Part shown: positions 24,790 through 38,978 of the stretch, piece by piece | Layout of the letters: each line of letters starts with the position of its first letter | Position numbering within the stretch: position 1 is the first letter of the stretch | The notes under the pieces: generated by a model | Database searches by the model: none | Seen by the model: the letters and a program-made list of their open reading frames with translations, nothing else | What the model was told of the DNA's origin: nothing | Made by a program: the position numbers and the translations under genes | NCBI GenBank assembly: GCA_039545335.1 | Contig: BCIN01000008.1 | Coordinates: 507,528-571,527 of the forward strand | Reading direction: 5' to 3' | Source: Kondoa subrosea | Taxonomy: Eukaryota | DNA: 64,000 nucleotides

Positions 24790-26714
24790 ATGTCAAGAAA
24801 TCTGACGGCAGAATTGGGCGCTTTGCTTGCTGGCCTGCCGGATGATCCAGATTCAAAGTTTGTCGTGGATCTGTATGATTCGTGGCATATTCTAATCTCT
24901 GTGTGATTCAGTCCATATTTGTTTCTACACGACGTGTAAGATTACTTTCGAATCGCTCAGGATCTCGCTCATATAGGAAATGCGTGGTCAGTATTCAAGC
25001 AGGTATTCCGGTACTCAATAGTCCCAGCTTCCAAGGCATCTGCTACTTCTCTTTGGCCTTGCATGTCATAGCTCTGGCATGCAATTTTGGCATAGTTGTA
25101 CAGCGATGGAGGAGTGGTCAGCTGGATCAGTCGTATATCAGCCGTCTCAGCTGACATATCTGTGATACAGGCCAAAGCTGGCTGTTTAAGAGAGCACAAC
25201 TGCCCAAAGGCAATTACATTGTTCCGAACTCTACTCTGCTCCTCTCTCTTAATGCCGGAACATACTGTCTCTTTGCTATCCCATCGATAGTAGTGCAAGC
25301 GGTCAGCTCAGAAGATCTGCCTATCTTAAGTCAAGCTAATTCGATTAATAGAATTTTGCCTTACCCAAGCTCAACGACCATGTCCCGCTCTACACCCTTC
25401 TCGCACACATGTTCTTGATGATGAGTGCATGGTCTGAGGCGTATGGATGCGTAGCAAGTGCAATTTCTTTCGAACAAACGAGCTCGTAGGTGCTCAAGCG
25501 ATACTATATGTATAATCTTGACGATTTGTTGACAGGCAAAAGGCACATAGGCTTTTCAACCTTAAACCATGGATCATTGACTCAGTCCTTTGCTCTCTGC
25601 CATTCCTTTGGGTCGGAGTCTACATACCGATTTTGGCCATACTTGATACGTTCTATGCAAGAGCTATTAGCTCAGTACGCCATATTCTTGATCTGCTACA
25701 AGAAAGAGCAGTTGGTTGGACAAGCGGAAGTGTCGATCAGCAAACAGGATCTGAGGGTAAGTGCCTGCTTTTGCAATCTCGCTTATACTTAGCTGACCGA
25801 TCTCTTCGCAGTCGTGCGCCTGATCTCCAACTTCTCGAGTGCATATGCTGTGTTTGTCGTAAGTCAAAGGATTTGTCCCTACAACAGGCGCTAAAAGAGC
25901 GCTCAGAAATACATTCCAGCTTTGGCCGCTTGGGATCTAGCCTTTCTTCTGTTACTATTCCTTGTATGCTGCTCTATGACTGGTGTGCGAAGGACTTTTT
26001 CCTGACGAGATGAACAGATCTGGTTCCCGTTTATGATTTCTCATGTCCGGATGCTTCAACGGCAAATTCATATGCTTCAGCAATCCAACAGAATAGACAA
26101 CTCCTTCGAAACCATCAGTCGTTTCACCTTGCACTCAACTTCAGATGCGCTTTCAAGTGATGTTAGTGAACTAATTTCTGTCATTCGCAAAAGACGACTA
26201 TCAGCTTTGGTCATCATGTTCTCGGCCCTGCTAAATGTCGGCATTGTATTGATGTACGTTTGCTGCTCAGAAGAAGATGAACATGGAGCTTAAGTGCTTC
26301 TATTCAGTCCGATCATCAAACCTGCTCAAGTGACAGTCCAAGCAAATCTATACCTAGCTTTCGTCGGCGGATCATATGTACGTCGACAACCTCTTCATTT
26401 GCTCCACTTCTGACTTGGGTGAGGGCTTGCAGTTCGTCTACTCCGTTTTTGGCACACCTGTAGCTGCAGTCATTCTCTGGCAAGGTTGGCAAGCGAAGAA
26501 AGTCCGAATTGCCAATTCTTCTTCGCCTCGATCAAGGAACACAAGCCCCTCCTTTTCACCTAGTCGCAAGAAGATTCCAATCGGTGGTGTTACAGTGTCG
26601 GTCACGAAAGTCACTCACGTGGACGGAAGAGATTCGTATGAAGACGATGATATTTCTATGAAGGAGGTTTCGCCAAATATGGGGACGCAGACCATAGATT
26701 ATTTTGCTTCTTGA
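24790..26714 (+). CDS. Multi-pass membrane protein of unknown function
   Basis: Spliced exons give several hydrophobic helices (GICYFSLALHVIALACNFGIVV, LLLSLNAGTYCLFAIPSIVV, FSALLNVGIVL, FVYSVFGTPVAAVILW) and a Ser-rich tail ending VTVSVTKVTHVD...FAS*. Internal splicing is only partly resolved. Confidence 0.65.
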
Positions 26715-27767
26715 AGTTGGTGATCCTGATGGGCGTGTACAGTGTATTTGGGTTGTATATAGTGATAGGGCGTGTATCAATATCAATGTGGTTGTACAGT
26801 AGCACTCATCGAGAGACCGAACGAACCATTTCAATCGTCAACGTCTCCAGGTGGTCAGAGCGAAAGTAGAGCAAGAGGCCAGTCAGAGCTGAATTGCAGG
26901 AACACGTGGAACGCTAGAGACAGATATTACATGTTGCATACACTAGAGTACAATTGCGCTTCAAGCAGATTTCTCAGCCGACATCTTGACAAAATCCTGT
27001 TGATACAATTAGATCGACGCCTGGAGAATGCTCAGTCTACTGACTTCCAGCTGTTTTGGTAGTTTTCCTTTACAAGAGAACATTTTCGTCCCATTCTTCT
27101 GCAAAGACAGCAAGGATCAACTTGCGACAATCCCTAGCTAATGTTGAAACGTACAAAGTACATGAACGAGGGTACTGCTCAGATATTTCAGCTTCTAGCA
27201 GATGACGCTCAATAGTGAGAGTCTCACCCAGAGAGACGCTGCACTCGTCTGCGACTTGCGGGCAATCGTCGATACTATTTCATATGAATCAGCCGGGTCA
27301 AAGGTGCAGCGAGCTACTCACTCGCAGGTATAGAACTTCAGCGATGTGTACTGCGCTGCCAGCTCTTCGAACTTTGGCTTGATCGCCCGACAGTTTACAC
27401 ACCTTGACTTGCATGAGCTGCCTGTAAAGGAATCTAGACGAATAGCTTACCAAGGAGCTTGGAATTCGACTATAGCTCCATTCCCATCAATCTACGCAAG
27501 ACTTTAGAGCAATTACAAAGGGAAGGGCCAGTGTCCTTACGACATCCATGAATTGAGGGAATTTAGTGATCTCTGTGATGTTGGCCATGTCGACGCTTCG
27601 CTGTTTCTTATTACGACGGCCTTGCGGTTTTGGTAGGGAACAGCGCTCAAACAGGACAAGAGTAAGTCCGGGCTATCTCGAGACGCAGATCTGCCGATGC
27701 TTAGTCATCATATTATAGTATTAGCAAGCATGACGCTTTCACACCAGTCCTGATAGCATCTGACATC

Positions 27768-29964
27768 CTATTCGTGCACCTGCAAATCCATCTCCTCCTC
27801 ATCATCTTCACTTTCGCTCTCACTTGCACTCTCATTATCCACCTCTTCCCCATTCATTATTCTTTGCCAACCCTCACTGACCACCTCCTTCTCTTGAGCA
27901 TTACATCTACTCAGCAAGCCATTCAAAACATTCTGAGCTTCTTTGATGTCTTTCTTCTTCCAAACCAAAAACTTTAATCTAGCCAGCCAATCCTCCACCA
28001 TCGCAGTATTTTGAGCAGTAGTTAATCGATGCAAAATATCCAGTTGATTTAGATCTTCTTCTGTTGCTATTCTAGCTTGAAAGAAAGATATGGAAGGTGT
28101 GCATTGTTTAACCAAAGAACCATAATCTATTGTCGTACCGGAACGAGAGCAGTAGTCGATATACCTACTCAGTACTAGATCCAAGATTGAGCCTTCGTCT
28201 TTCTTGTGATTGGAAGGAGCGAGAGAAAGAGGTAACATTTGTGCACGGGAAAGAAGTTGCAGATAAGTTTGTGATAGCGTCGACGAGGACAGTGAAGAGG
28301 AGTCTAGCCATTCTGCTTCGAGGTGATTGAGGTATATAGTCCATAGCTGACAATCAGCCATCTAGATCAATCCACATGCTAAAGTGATCAGAGGATAGAC
28401 ATACTGGTTGATTGTAAGGACACATTCTGATACTCTGTTCCAGTACAACTGAAACTTCTTCCCTCGGCTGATCACTTTGCGTCAAAAGCGAACATCTTCT
28501 TTCCCAAGCTTGTTCCGAAGAAGGGCAAAATGAAGTCATCTTCTCCGCTGCTTCTAATACATCCTGTCCACAGAGAGAAGCACAATCTAAGTAGGCCAGC
28601 CAGAACAAAGGATCTTGATGTATCGACGATTTGTTTGACGATTTTGAACTTGATTTGTAGATTTTGGTCACATTAGCAGCTAGATATGTTTGCTTCGAGA
28701 CCGTAAGTCTTATCCTGACGATCAAGAAGTAAAGAGCATACCAGAGCTTCATCCTCCGCTGTTGCTAATTGTCTAGCTAGAAATTGTAAAAAGGTAGGGT
28801 AAAGGTTTTGATTCTTCTTGCTCGCTGTTGTATACGCCTTTATACATTGACTGATTTCCAAGATCCTCTCGTCTGACGATAGATGGTCTGAGGAAGAAAG
28901 GAATCGTTCAGCTAGTAGGACCTCAGCTTCCAGTGAATTAGGGAAAGTGGATGCGATATGGGTGTAGAGATATTCGAGAAGAGAAGCTTTTAATGGACTT
29001 GCAGAGTTTTGCAGTACTTCTACTAGACGCTTGAGTATTTCAGATTGACCAGCAAAGACTGAACGCCAGTCAGTCGATAATTCGAGAATTTGGTAAGAGG
29101 CATACCTTGCAGAGCATTTGACAGTACTAGTCGAACAAGTTGACCATTGATCACGCTATCTTCTTCGTCCATTCCGTTGCCAGTAATGTTTTCTACTTCG
29201 ACAGTCAAGTCATCCATTTGCTCGTCCTGATTTCCATCAAGCGCAGGCGTGGAAACCGCTTCTTCCAATTCTACAGCTCTTTCTTTACCCTTTTGCTGAT
29301 TGATTCCAAGCACTTTCCATCTTTTCCTCATTTTGTCAGCAAAGCCAATCTCAAACTTGATCCAACTTTCCCAGATTGACCAATCTTTCTTGATGAATCT
29401 CAAAGCACGCATGATGAGTTTCCTAGTAGCTGAAGCATCTTCATGCCTTTCCGTCCATTGAATAGCAATCAACCAATATTCAGCTGAATGTGGGTTTGCA
29501 GCAATAGCAGAAGTCAGAACTTTCGACACTTGTTTGCCAGATACAGGAGTGAGTGATTTAACATGTTTTATTAGAGTATGCCACAAGATAGTAGAAGTAG
29601 GGAATCTTCTAGTAGCTATAGTGAGTAAAGTTGTAATGTGTCGAGGAATAGAGTATGTAGAGATAGAATGCGATTGTGCATTCTTCTTAGTCTTATTTGA
29701 ACGCAATTTCCTGAGCTTCTCCAACCGCTGTTCGTATTCCACATAACGCAGAAAATCGTTTGGTGTGCAATTCCGCCCAATCACAGCTCGCTCAAAGGCT
29801 GTCCTTCGGTTGACAATCTCTGAGATCTCTACCTATATATACATTCGGTTGGATACAGCTACTAATGTGAGTATTGAGCCTACATTAGAGAAGATTGATT
29901 TTTCTTGCAAATCTCGTAATTCTGCTATTTGATGCTCAAGGTTGAGCTGAACTTTGCTGCCCAT
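27768..29964 (-). CDS. UTP6: U3 snoRNA-associated protein 6
   Basis: MGSKVQLNLEHQIAELRDL, RRTAFERA and DFLRYVEYEQRLEKLRKLR, followed by HAT-like repeats (ATRKLIMRALRF). Confidence 0.9.
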
Positions 29965-30215
29965 TTGTGTATGACCAGGCGAAGGATATAATCCAGCTCA
30001 AAGGATCAGAGGTATATGACCGCAAGGTGTTGTTTGGCTGTCACAGGAAGAGAGCGACGTTTTCCGAGACAGATGAAATCTAGCATATATCACAAGTACA
30101 GGAAGTGTCACTTATGCTATTGCGAGAGCGCAGGATGCTTCAACATGAGGAGAAGCAAGAAGTCTCGACATGCGAAGTCCTTCCCCTTGCAATAGTAGGC
30201 AATAAGCAGACGATG

Positions 30216-30958
30216 TCATTCATACGGGTTGGTATGAACAGAATGAGTTGGCGCATGATGCATATCGTGAGCCTCTTCGGGATGCGGACGTTTTAGGCCA
30301 TGCTGAGATCGGGAATTGGCTTCATGATGGTGCACTTCTTGTTGAACACGGTAGTGATCCTGAGCGCTGACGATACCATGACCCGGATAGTTGTACACTG
30401 AATTGGGAACTCAGTGAGATAAAGCTTCCCAGATGAAGAGCTATAACGCAAAAAACCTACTCTTGACACCATAATTTCGATATCGATCTTCGTAAGCCAT
30501 TCTTGGAATCGCGTGACCTAGCATCGCTATCTCAACATATTAGCCTTGTACTGAAGAATGAGGCCATTGAGACTCACTGGCATGCTTAGAATGTCTACCT
30601 TCGAACCTATCATCAGAAGATGGTATCTTCGCCCAGAATGGACTAACACTTGATATCTACCACAGAATCGAATCAGAATGCAACGATCAACCTCGCATCG
30701 AGAAGACACCTACCTCCAAATAATCGCCAGAAAAATCAGACCAATCGTAGCTCCGACAGTAGCCAGACCAGCCTGCAGATTTCATAAGCTTGCTGTATAT
30801 GGAACCCATGAAATACTTACTGTAGCTCCAGCTGAGAGAGGTTTGACTCTGTAAGCTCCTCCATAGGGCTGAACGCTGACTAGGTCTCGCCTTCTCTCAA
30901 CGAAGGCCTGAGTTGAGCTTATACAGCAGAGCAGTAGGGTAAGTGGTAGAAAGTACAT
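30216..30958 (-). CDS. Small type-I membrane protein (signal peptide, RR site, TM helix, His-rich tail), paralog 1
   Basis: Six exons including 9-nt (30648-30656) and 17-nt (30578-30594) microexons. The reading frame is confirmed by the paralog at 32505-33256. Confidence 0.75.
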
Positions 30959-32504
30959 AGAGCACTGTATCTCTAAGTCTTTTACGGAATTGATCGTTCA
31001 AGCGGATCGGACGGTTAGGGAAAGTAATGAATCGAGCGCAAGAAGCTGATCCCTTTGTTCTGACGGAATTAACCAATAGTGGAATTTCTCCAAGAAATAG
31101 CAGACCTCAGAGAGCTACTCAAAACAGATTTCGAAGAGCTTTGATGAAATATTTTCGCACGATTGATCTTTCGGAGCATATCGATGAGATCAATTCACAG
31201 ACCGGAACGAGAGACAGACTTGCCATCACGCACCGTTTGCGACTCTTTATGCTAGAATCTTACGTAAGACATATCGGAGTAGTCGAAAGTACGGAAGCAC
31301 GAGCCAAAGTCGTTTCAGAATGAGCGAGTCATGTCCGGCATTCGCGCGACTCATGCTAAGCAACTCCTCTAAGGTTTAGCTATCCCTGCCACCATCTTGC
31401 CTGATACGAGCTAGTTGAGGAAGCAGGTCGAAAACCAGGTCTTGCTAGGTGTATTGCCGAAACAAAGAACCACAGGAGCAACATAATTTCGAGACAAGCA
31501 ATTTGCACAGAAAGGAGAAGTCTAGCATATAGCATACAATCACAAGAGTGCCGGTCACTTCTCTGATCGTGCGGGTACAATCTCCAATATGGGATGAGGG
31601 AGATGATCAGAGACAGCTCGAAGGTGAGGTTGTATCCTCTTGACGAAGTACCGAGTCATTTCATCGCTCGAGTCTGGGTAGCCGTCACCGAAGTTTCTGT
31701 CCATTTCAACCCAGCTCTGGAGATTCTACCTCAGATATGGATTTCTTCTCTGTTCAAAGAAACACTGACAGCTGGTTCCTTTTGCCAGACCTGATCATGG
31801 TATAGGTGTAACTATCTGGATGATATATCTCAGAAGAAGCTCTCCCTTTCCGAGCTATTCGACACACAGCGAGATCATATTCCGCAAAACAGAATCCTGC
31901 GCTTGTCGCGGAACAAACTCTTGCAATAGTGAAAGCATTCTAGCTTCTATGCTAGCTACATTCGGCTGAAATATGAAAGACAATCAGTAATGATTCTCCA
32001 AGTACCTTCCGCGCAAAGATAAACGCTCACATGCGAAATTCCAAAGTGCCCAATATCAACAGACCCACTGTTCTCCTGTATTATTTGTGGGGACCATACA
32101 GGTCCTTGATGCTTATTGCTATGCTGTTCCCGCCATTGAATCCTCACAGGTTTTTGACCTTCGGCGAAAGTTGCATTGGGCAAATATCTGGTGCAATACC
32201 CTTGCTCATCGTGGTGGTCCAAATCAGGTGAGCCACCCAGATATTCACTTTGTAGCCTGGTCTATATCCCGTCTTTCAGCCAATATTCCCACTCATATTG
32301 AACACTGAACATAAACTGACGTTGTAGTTCCACAAAGCCTGATTACGCAAGAATAGAGCTTCATGGGATCTTGCCGCAGACTCCTCGTGCCTAGCAGCAG
32401 CTTTGCCGAGTTGTGATGACAGCATACTACGCGTTACAAACTGCTGTTTTCCTCTGGATCGGTAGATCAGACTCCGGTCGACCGGAAAGCAGACAACAAC
32501 ACTC

Positions 32505-33256
32505 TTACGGGAGAGAATGGACAGGCTGAGCTGATGCGTGATGTGAATCCCGAGCCATATCTGATTGCGGAGGCTTCGGGGCACGCTGGGATCGGAGATC
32601 GGCATGATATCGCGCTTCTTGCTGAATACGGTAGTGATCCTGAGCGCTGACGATGCCATGACCCGGATAGTTGTACACTGTGTTGGGATGACAATTAAAT
32701 AGAGTTTTGGACGGAACTGACAACGCAAAAACTTACTCTTGACACCATAATTTCGATATCTATCTTCGTAAGCCATTCTTGGAATTGCATGACCTAGTCG
32801 AGCTATCTCAACATATCAGCTTTCTACTATGAATGAAGCCATCGGGACTTGCTAGCATGTTTAGAATGCCTACATTCGAATCATTCATCAGAGTTGGAAT
32901 CTCCCCCAGAATTAGACTAACACCTGGTATCTACAAGTGAGACTCATCAGTAAGTCGCAATATACCAGATGCTAATCAAAGCTGGCCTCCAGATAATGGC
33001 GAGGAAAATCAGACCAATGGTAGCTCCAGCGGTTGCTAGACCAGCCTTTCCAGCGATAAGATAAGCTTAGCATTCTGAATACGATCAACTGGCTTACAGT
33101 GGCTCCCGCTGACAAAGGTTTGACTCTGTAGGCTCCTCTATAAGGTTGAACGCTGACTAGGTCTCGCCTCTGCACCTTAGCGGCCTGACTTGAACCTATA
33201 TAGCAGAGCAGCAGAATGCAGATTCGAGAGCACATTGAAGTCGCTGCCATGAACAT
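32505..33256 (-). CDS. Small type-I membrane protein, tandem paralog 2
   Basis: Shares RRDLVSVQPY.GAYRVKPLSAGAT, GATIGLIFLAIIWRYQV and AIPRMAYEDRYRNYGVKMYNYPGHGIVSAQDHYR with paralog 1. The model needs two GC donors. Confidence 0.7.
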
Positions 33257-34390
33257 GATCGTATGAATCGATACAACGATTCAGAGACTAGACTAAAGAG
33301 TCGCCAGAATCTTCCCCTTTGTCGGCAATTTGGTCAGTTTCGATAGTGGATAATCCAAGAACAGTAGAGTCGATGCTGGTACTGGTATAGCTAGTGCGCT
33401 TTGACAAATGAAATGCAGTCGAAGCGGATCATCTCGCGAGCATAATCATGTGGTTGGACGATATGCGACCTCTTCCGCTTCGTTCTGGGTTCGATCATGA
33501 TAAGTAAGACATTTAGATCTTGAATGAGGCATCAGACGCAGCAGCAATAGTACGAATTAGGTCCGTCGAGCTGTTGACACATTGAAGCAGATGCATCGTT
33601 CCGACCTCGAGCACTAAGAAGAGATAGGCCATAGAGCAGTTCTTGTCATAAAACCAAGCAAGCCAAGGAAGCGTCCATAGTCTTCAGCACAATAAGACTT
33701 CAAATCTTGAGATAGCAAAGTTTTGCAGCGAAGCAGTTGCATGCAGGCCATGTTGCCTCTTGATAGGCTCTGGTATCATCCCTAGCATGGTATCCAAGCC
33801 TCGGCGCCTCTCAGCAGGGTAACCTCTACGTCAAGAAGGACCAGTTTCGTTTTCTCGTAACAACGGAGTGCCATCTGTTTAGAGCCTCTGATTCACTCCT
33901 GCGGTATACCAGCGCTGCTCTGTGCACGCGCATCTTTCCTGTCGTTCTTTTCGCTTTCTTCCTCAGTCGCAAAGGGAGTCTTGCTGTATTTTGCTTTTTC
34001 CTGCCGTTGTACTGGGATTTAGTCTCAATCCTCGATACTTAGAAGGGGGTGCAGAGAAGCGGGGTTTAAGATAATTCAAGTGACAAATCAAAGGAAGGAC
34101 TCATTCATTTGGTGTTTTTCCGTCAAGAAGTCCAGAAAAAAACAAAATGTACGGCTAAGCGCAGCAATGCCTTTAGTCACGCATATCATGTGTTGAACCA
34201 TTTGTCGTTCTTCGTCAGTGCACTTTTGAATCGTCGAAACTGCATTTCGAGCGAGAACGCAAAGGCCAAACACATCACGAGGGTAGATCTCAAGAGATCT
34301 CACGACTATCGAGCGAAGCAAGAATAGCAGATTGGATAGGCTATTCTTCTGACGCTTGATCAATACGGCTTCTCTTCTTTTCGCTTGGCG

Positions 34391-35234
34391 ATGTTCTTTA
34401 TTGTAAGTTTGACATTCTGCCTTTCAATTTAGCTCATTCGAGACCCACCTCTCTTTACTTTTGGAATGCTTAGAAAGAACTAGCACACACAATCAATCTA
34501 CATCCATCCTTTTTTGGTCCTTCAACAGAACAATACCTCTTAACCAAAGTCAATTCCGATGTCGAAGGTACTTGTACTGGCAAACATGGATACATCATTT
34601 CAGTCTTGCAAGTCCTTACCACTGGTACTGGTGCAATTATGCCTGGTAGCGGTGTGCGTATTCCCCCTTTCGGTCGATTGTTTGGTCTCTGAAATTGATT
34701 CACAGATGGCGGAATTCGACGTCAAGTATAGCGCGATAGTATATCGACCTTTCAAAGGAGAAGTAATAGAAGGCATTGTCTCCAATGTCAACAAAGTGAG
34801 CTCGGCTCTACCTCAATTTTCACACCAAAACTAGAGCTCATCTCCTTCCGTTCCAGATGGGTTTCTTCGCGGATGTCGGACCGTTACAAGTTTTTGTTTC
34901 AACGCATGTCAGTGACCCTTATATCACAGCATGAGACTATCTCATTCGAGACAATGGGGAACGACAGCTTATACCGCAAAACATGGTCTTCAATTCTTCT
35001 GCGAACCCACCATGTTTCGCACCCAGAAATTCAGACGAAGATGAAGAGGATAACCAGATCCAAAAAGGAACTAAAGTTAGACTAAAGATTGTGGGTACAA
35101 GAGTGGATGCAACAGAGATTTTCGCGATAGGTGCGTGGACTTTCACATTGGCAGCACGGATTTGTACTGATAAGGCAAGCGAATGCACAGGAACGATCAA
35201 AGAGGATTTCTTGGGTGCGATAGGGCCTGCTTAG
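34391..35234 (+). CDS. RPB7: RNA polymerase II subunit RPB7
   Basis: [48 protein letters not shown] and TIKEDFLG. Confidence 0.96.
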
Positions 35235-35546
35235 AAGAGGGGTAAGTAAGAACTAATGGAGGATCGATGTTTTCGAATCTTTCGCAAAAACCACAAAAAG
35301 GGTAAACTGCTTTGATCAGTGTGTGCATGTAATATGATAAGGCTTGCAATGTCAATGTCTTTTCTAAACGAGTTCAAGAGGTGACCTTCGCGAGACATTT
35401 GACGCCAAATTCGCGGATTCTTGTTTGTTTTGATTTTTGAGCGAAGGTCGATTTTTCCTTCTCACGAACGCTCATGAACAGATACCCTTACTGACCCCTA
35501 CTCTGCTACTACACATTACTCATATACCACTGATTGACTGCAGACA

Positions 35547-38500
35547 ATGGCCAGTCTACCAGAAACTCCTGCTGGATCATCTCGAATCACTCGACTCGTT
35601 TCTCGCTTCACACCTCGATCTGCCTCTAGCACTTCCTTGAACAGGCAATACCAGTCACCACAATCTGACGATGGAGAGGATGTGCAGCCGCCTATGTTCA
35701 TGTCTGAATTCATGAAAGAATACTCATCAAACAAACAATCGCCCTCCTCTGCTATGCCTGCTTCTCATTCAGCTTCAAGTTTATCTTCAATGACTGGGAA
35801 AAAGTATACTACTACTCATCAGCAAGAACAACAACAACACCCACCTTTGCGAACTAGACATTCGGAAGATGGGTCTGCTTCACCTTATAAACCACTTATG
35901 ACTACTTCCGAACTCTCTTCAAGTAGTAGAGGTCATGCGAGATCAGCTACTGGCTTAGGTGCACTAGGTATGAGTGGTTGGAACAAAAGTAAAGAAGCTT
36001 TGGTTGGCTTGACGAGGAACGGAAGTGGTGGGAAAGATAGTAAGAAATCTTCCCTCAATGGCGGCAAACGATCTAGTGCAGAAGCTTGCGATTTGGATAG
36101 CGTTGATGAATTTGCTGTGAGCTCCCTGCTCTTCTTCTAAGCTACAAGCAAAACTGATGCGTTGAAAAGGCCTATAAATCGCCGCAGCAATCTCAATCTG
36201 ATCTAGCTCAATACTCACGACCCCCTCTACATCAAACAAACTCTTTCGACCGCACTGAACCGCTCAATCAGAATGCAAGTAGTCAATATGCGAAATCCAC
36301 TCCAGGTCCAGTCAACCTCGCCGGTGGTCTTAACGAAAGCAGCAAACGATTCAGATCAGCTTTCCGTCTAAAGACTAGAACACAAGACGGAAGCACTTCA
36401 ACTTTGAGAAAAGCTGGTCGAGCGAGAGTCGTTGATCAAAACTCACCAAATGATGAACCTGGAAGTGACGTCAATGGTAGCGGTATGGAAACATCCGAGA
36501 ACGAAAAGAGTCAGTCTACTTCTTCTTTGCTTACTGCAGGCCTAATGAGAATTGTTGCTGACAGGTCCTGAAGATCGCTATGCCTCATCTTCTTCAGCTA
36601 CTTCTTCACCTGAGGATCTTGCTTTGGCTCGTGGAATGGAGCGTGTTCAGCTTGTGCCCAATCATCAACGAGAAGCATCAGATGAAAATGCTCCTCGATC
36701 ATCAATGGATCAAAGTCGACCAAGTATGGATACCCTTCGACCTGTCTTTGCTTCTTCTCGATTGCATAATCGTCTAGAAGCCGCTTCTCTAATGAGTGCA
36801 GCTCAGCAAGAAGAATTGGCTTCTTCTTCTCCGCCTCCACCTGTTCCGCAACGCGATGCTCGTCGACCTTCTCCACCTTATGGTTCTCTTTTCCGCAACA
36901 ACAATCGAACATCACCTACTCCTCCGCCTCCTTCTATTTCAGCTCCCGAGCCAGTCCAAACTTTAGCTGGAAGAGCTTCTTTCGATACTTTCAGATCAGT
37001 ACCTTCTCAAGAACCGATTGGTAGAGCTTCATCAGACATGCTTCGTCGACCTTTGGACTCTAGAACTACACAAGCTAGGGAAGACGCAGGTCGACGTTTA
37101 GCTGGAACGGCTCCCCTTCATTTCACAAAATCTACTTCAGCCTTGAGGGAGAACAGCAACTCCAGTCCGACCGCTTCTCAACCTGTTCAGACACATGAGA
37201 AGCGATCTTCAGCTACTCTAAAACTATCTAATCTCAATGCGGAGAATGTTATTCTTGCTCCTGCAAACAAGAAACCAAATGATCTGTCATACTCAAAGAG
37301 GGATCAGCATGTCTACGCTCCACCTCGAGCACCTCTACTCGATATTCCCTCATCTAGACAAGCATTGAGCGCCCCAACAGATCGAGTGATCCCACTTCGA
37401 GCTCACTCACCTTCTCCACCTGAACATCACGCTAATCAGTTTGCGGTCTTACCTGATCAACCACCTGGTCCTTCACAACCAGCTCCATCAGCACCCTTAC
37501 CTTCTGTTCCCTCAACTTCTTCTACTCAACAAGCTGCAGCACCACCAGCAAAGAAAGCTACTCATATGACCGTCAATGGAAAACAATACCTTCGATCCGC
37601 TTTATTGGGTAAAGGTGGATCTTCTCGAGTATACAGAGTAACGGATCGGGATCATAACGTCTTTGCTTTGAAACGAGTTGAATTGGGTAAAGGTGATTTG
37701 GAAACGTACAATTCGTTTTGTAATGAGATTGAATTGCTCAAGAGGTTGAGAGGACATGAGAGGATCATTCAATTGGTTGATGCTGAAGTCAATGAAGCGA
37801 AAAGGACTTTGATCATGGTCAGTCTCGATTGTCTCAGCGGAAGAAAATGTTGCTGATACCAGGAGTATAGATATTGGAGATTGGTGAAATCGATCTCAAC
37901 TCATTACTACAAGAAAAAGTTGGCAAAACGGTCAGTATGAACTTTATTCGTCATGTTTGGGAACAGGTCTGTCTATATCTCGCTTTCCCGTAAATGTCAG
38001 TCCTTATCCAGATTCAGATGCTCGAAGCGGTCAAAGTGGTTCATGATGCTGGAATCGTTCATACCGATCTCAAACCTGCCAACTTCGTTCTCGTCAAGGG
38101 TGCTCTCAAGCTTATCGATTTCGGTATCGCCAAAGCCATTCCGAGCGATACGACCAACATTGCTCGAGATCAGCAAATTGGGACTGCGAATTACATGTCA
38201 CCTGAAGCTCTGTGCGACAGTGGTATGGGAGCAAGAGGAGAAAGATTGATGAAGGTTAGCTGAAAACCCATCTTTGATCTGACTATTCTAATGCCTATCG
38301 TTAGATGGGCCGTCCTTCAGACGTCTGGTCACTCGGATGTATTTTATATCAAATGGTCTATGGCTCAACGCCGTTCGGAGCGCTTCGCAATCTACCTCAG
38401 AAAATGATTGCTATTCAAAACCCGCTGTATCAGATCGATTTCCCTTCACATGCGATACCGAGGACAAGAGAAGGTGTTGAAAGGCCTGAACTGGCTACTC

Positions 38501-38818
38501 GAGTAGAAGATGATCTGCTTCGAGTGATGCGAAACTGTTTGCGATTCGAAAGCAAGAAGAGGAGTACGATACCTGAATTACTTGAAGATGCTTTTCTATG
38601 TCGTGAAGGATCTCAAGGAGCTTCAGGTGATTTCAACGAGTGCCTGAATTGGCTTGAGCTGACGGGCGTGAACAGAAACGCCAGCTGTAATCTCGCCTGC
38701 TCTTATGTCCAGCATAGTCGCAAGTACAATCAAATGGAGCGCAGGTCGACGACCTACAGCTCAAGAACAAGAACGATTTGTTGAAGGTCTCGTTAGGCAA
38801 TTATCCGCCGCTCAGTAA
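35547..38818 (+). CDS. MPS1: Mps1/TTK spindle checkpoint kinase
   Basis: [29 protein letters not shown] and [12 protein letters not shown], with a long disordered N-terminus. Confidence 0.93.
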
Positions 38819-38978
38819 CTATATTTTGGGTGTATATACTCTTTCATTCGTGTTGTAATCTAGGTAGCTCTTAGCAAAGGGGTCTGCTATGTCTGTGTAT
38901 TGAAATGAAGCATGGCATAAACTGTACAGAAAGCGGAAGATCATATGAAAAGCTATACAAAGAAATGTCTGTGTTCAA

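Noticed and set aside
26772..27760. Possible small gene between the membrane protein and UTP6
   Set aside because: Only short ORFs without motifs, so support is insufficient.
31027..32460. Short ORFs between the tandem paralogs
   Set aside because: Overlapping short ORFs on both strands with no coherent protein. Part of the region resembles the upstream region of paralog 2.
33500..34363. Possible minus-strand gene upstream of RPB7
   Set aside because: No convincing start or splice chain.
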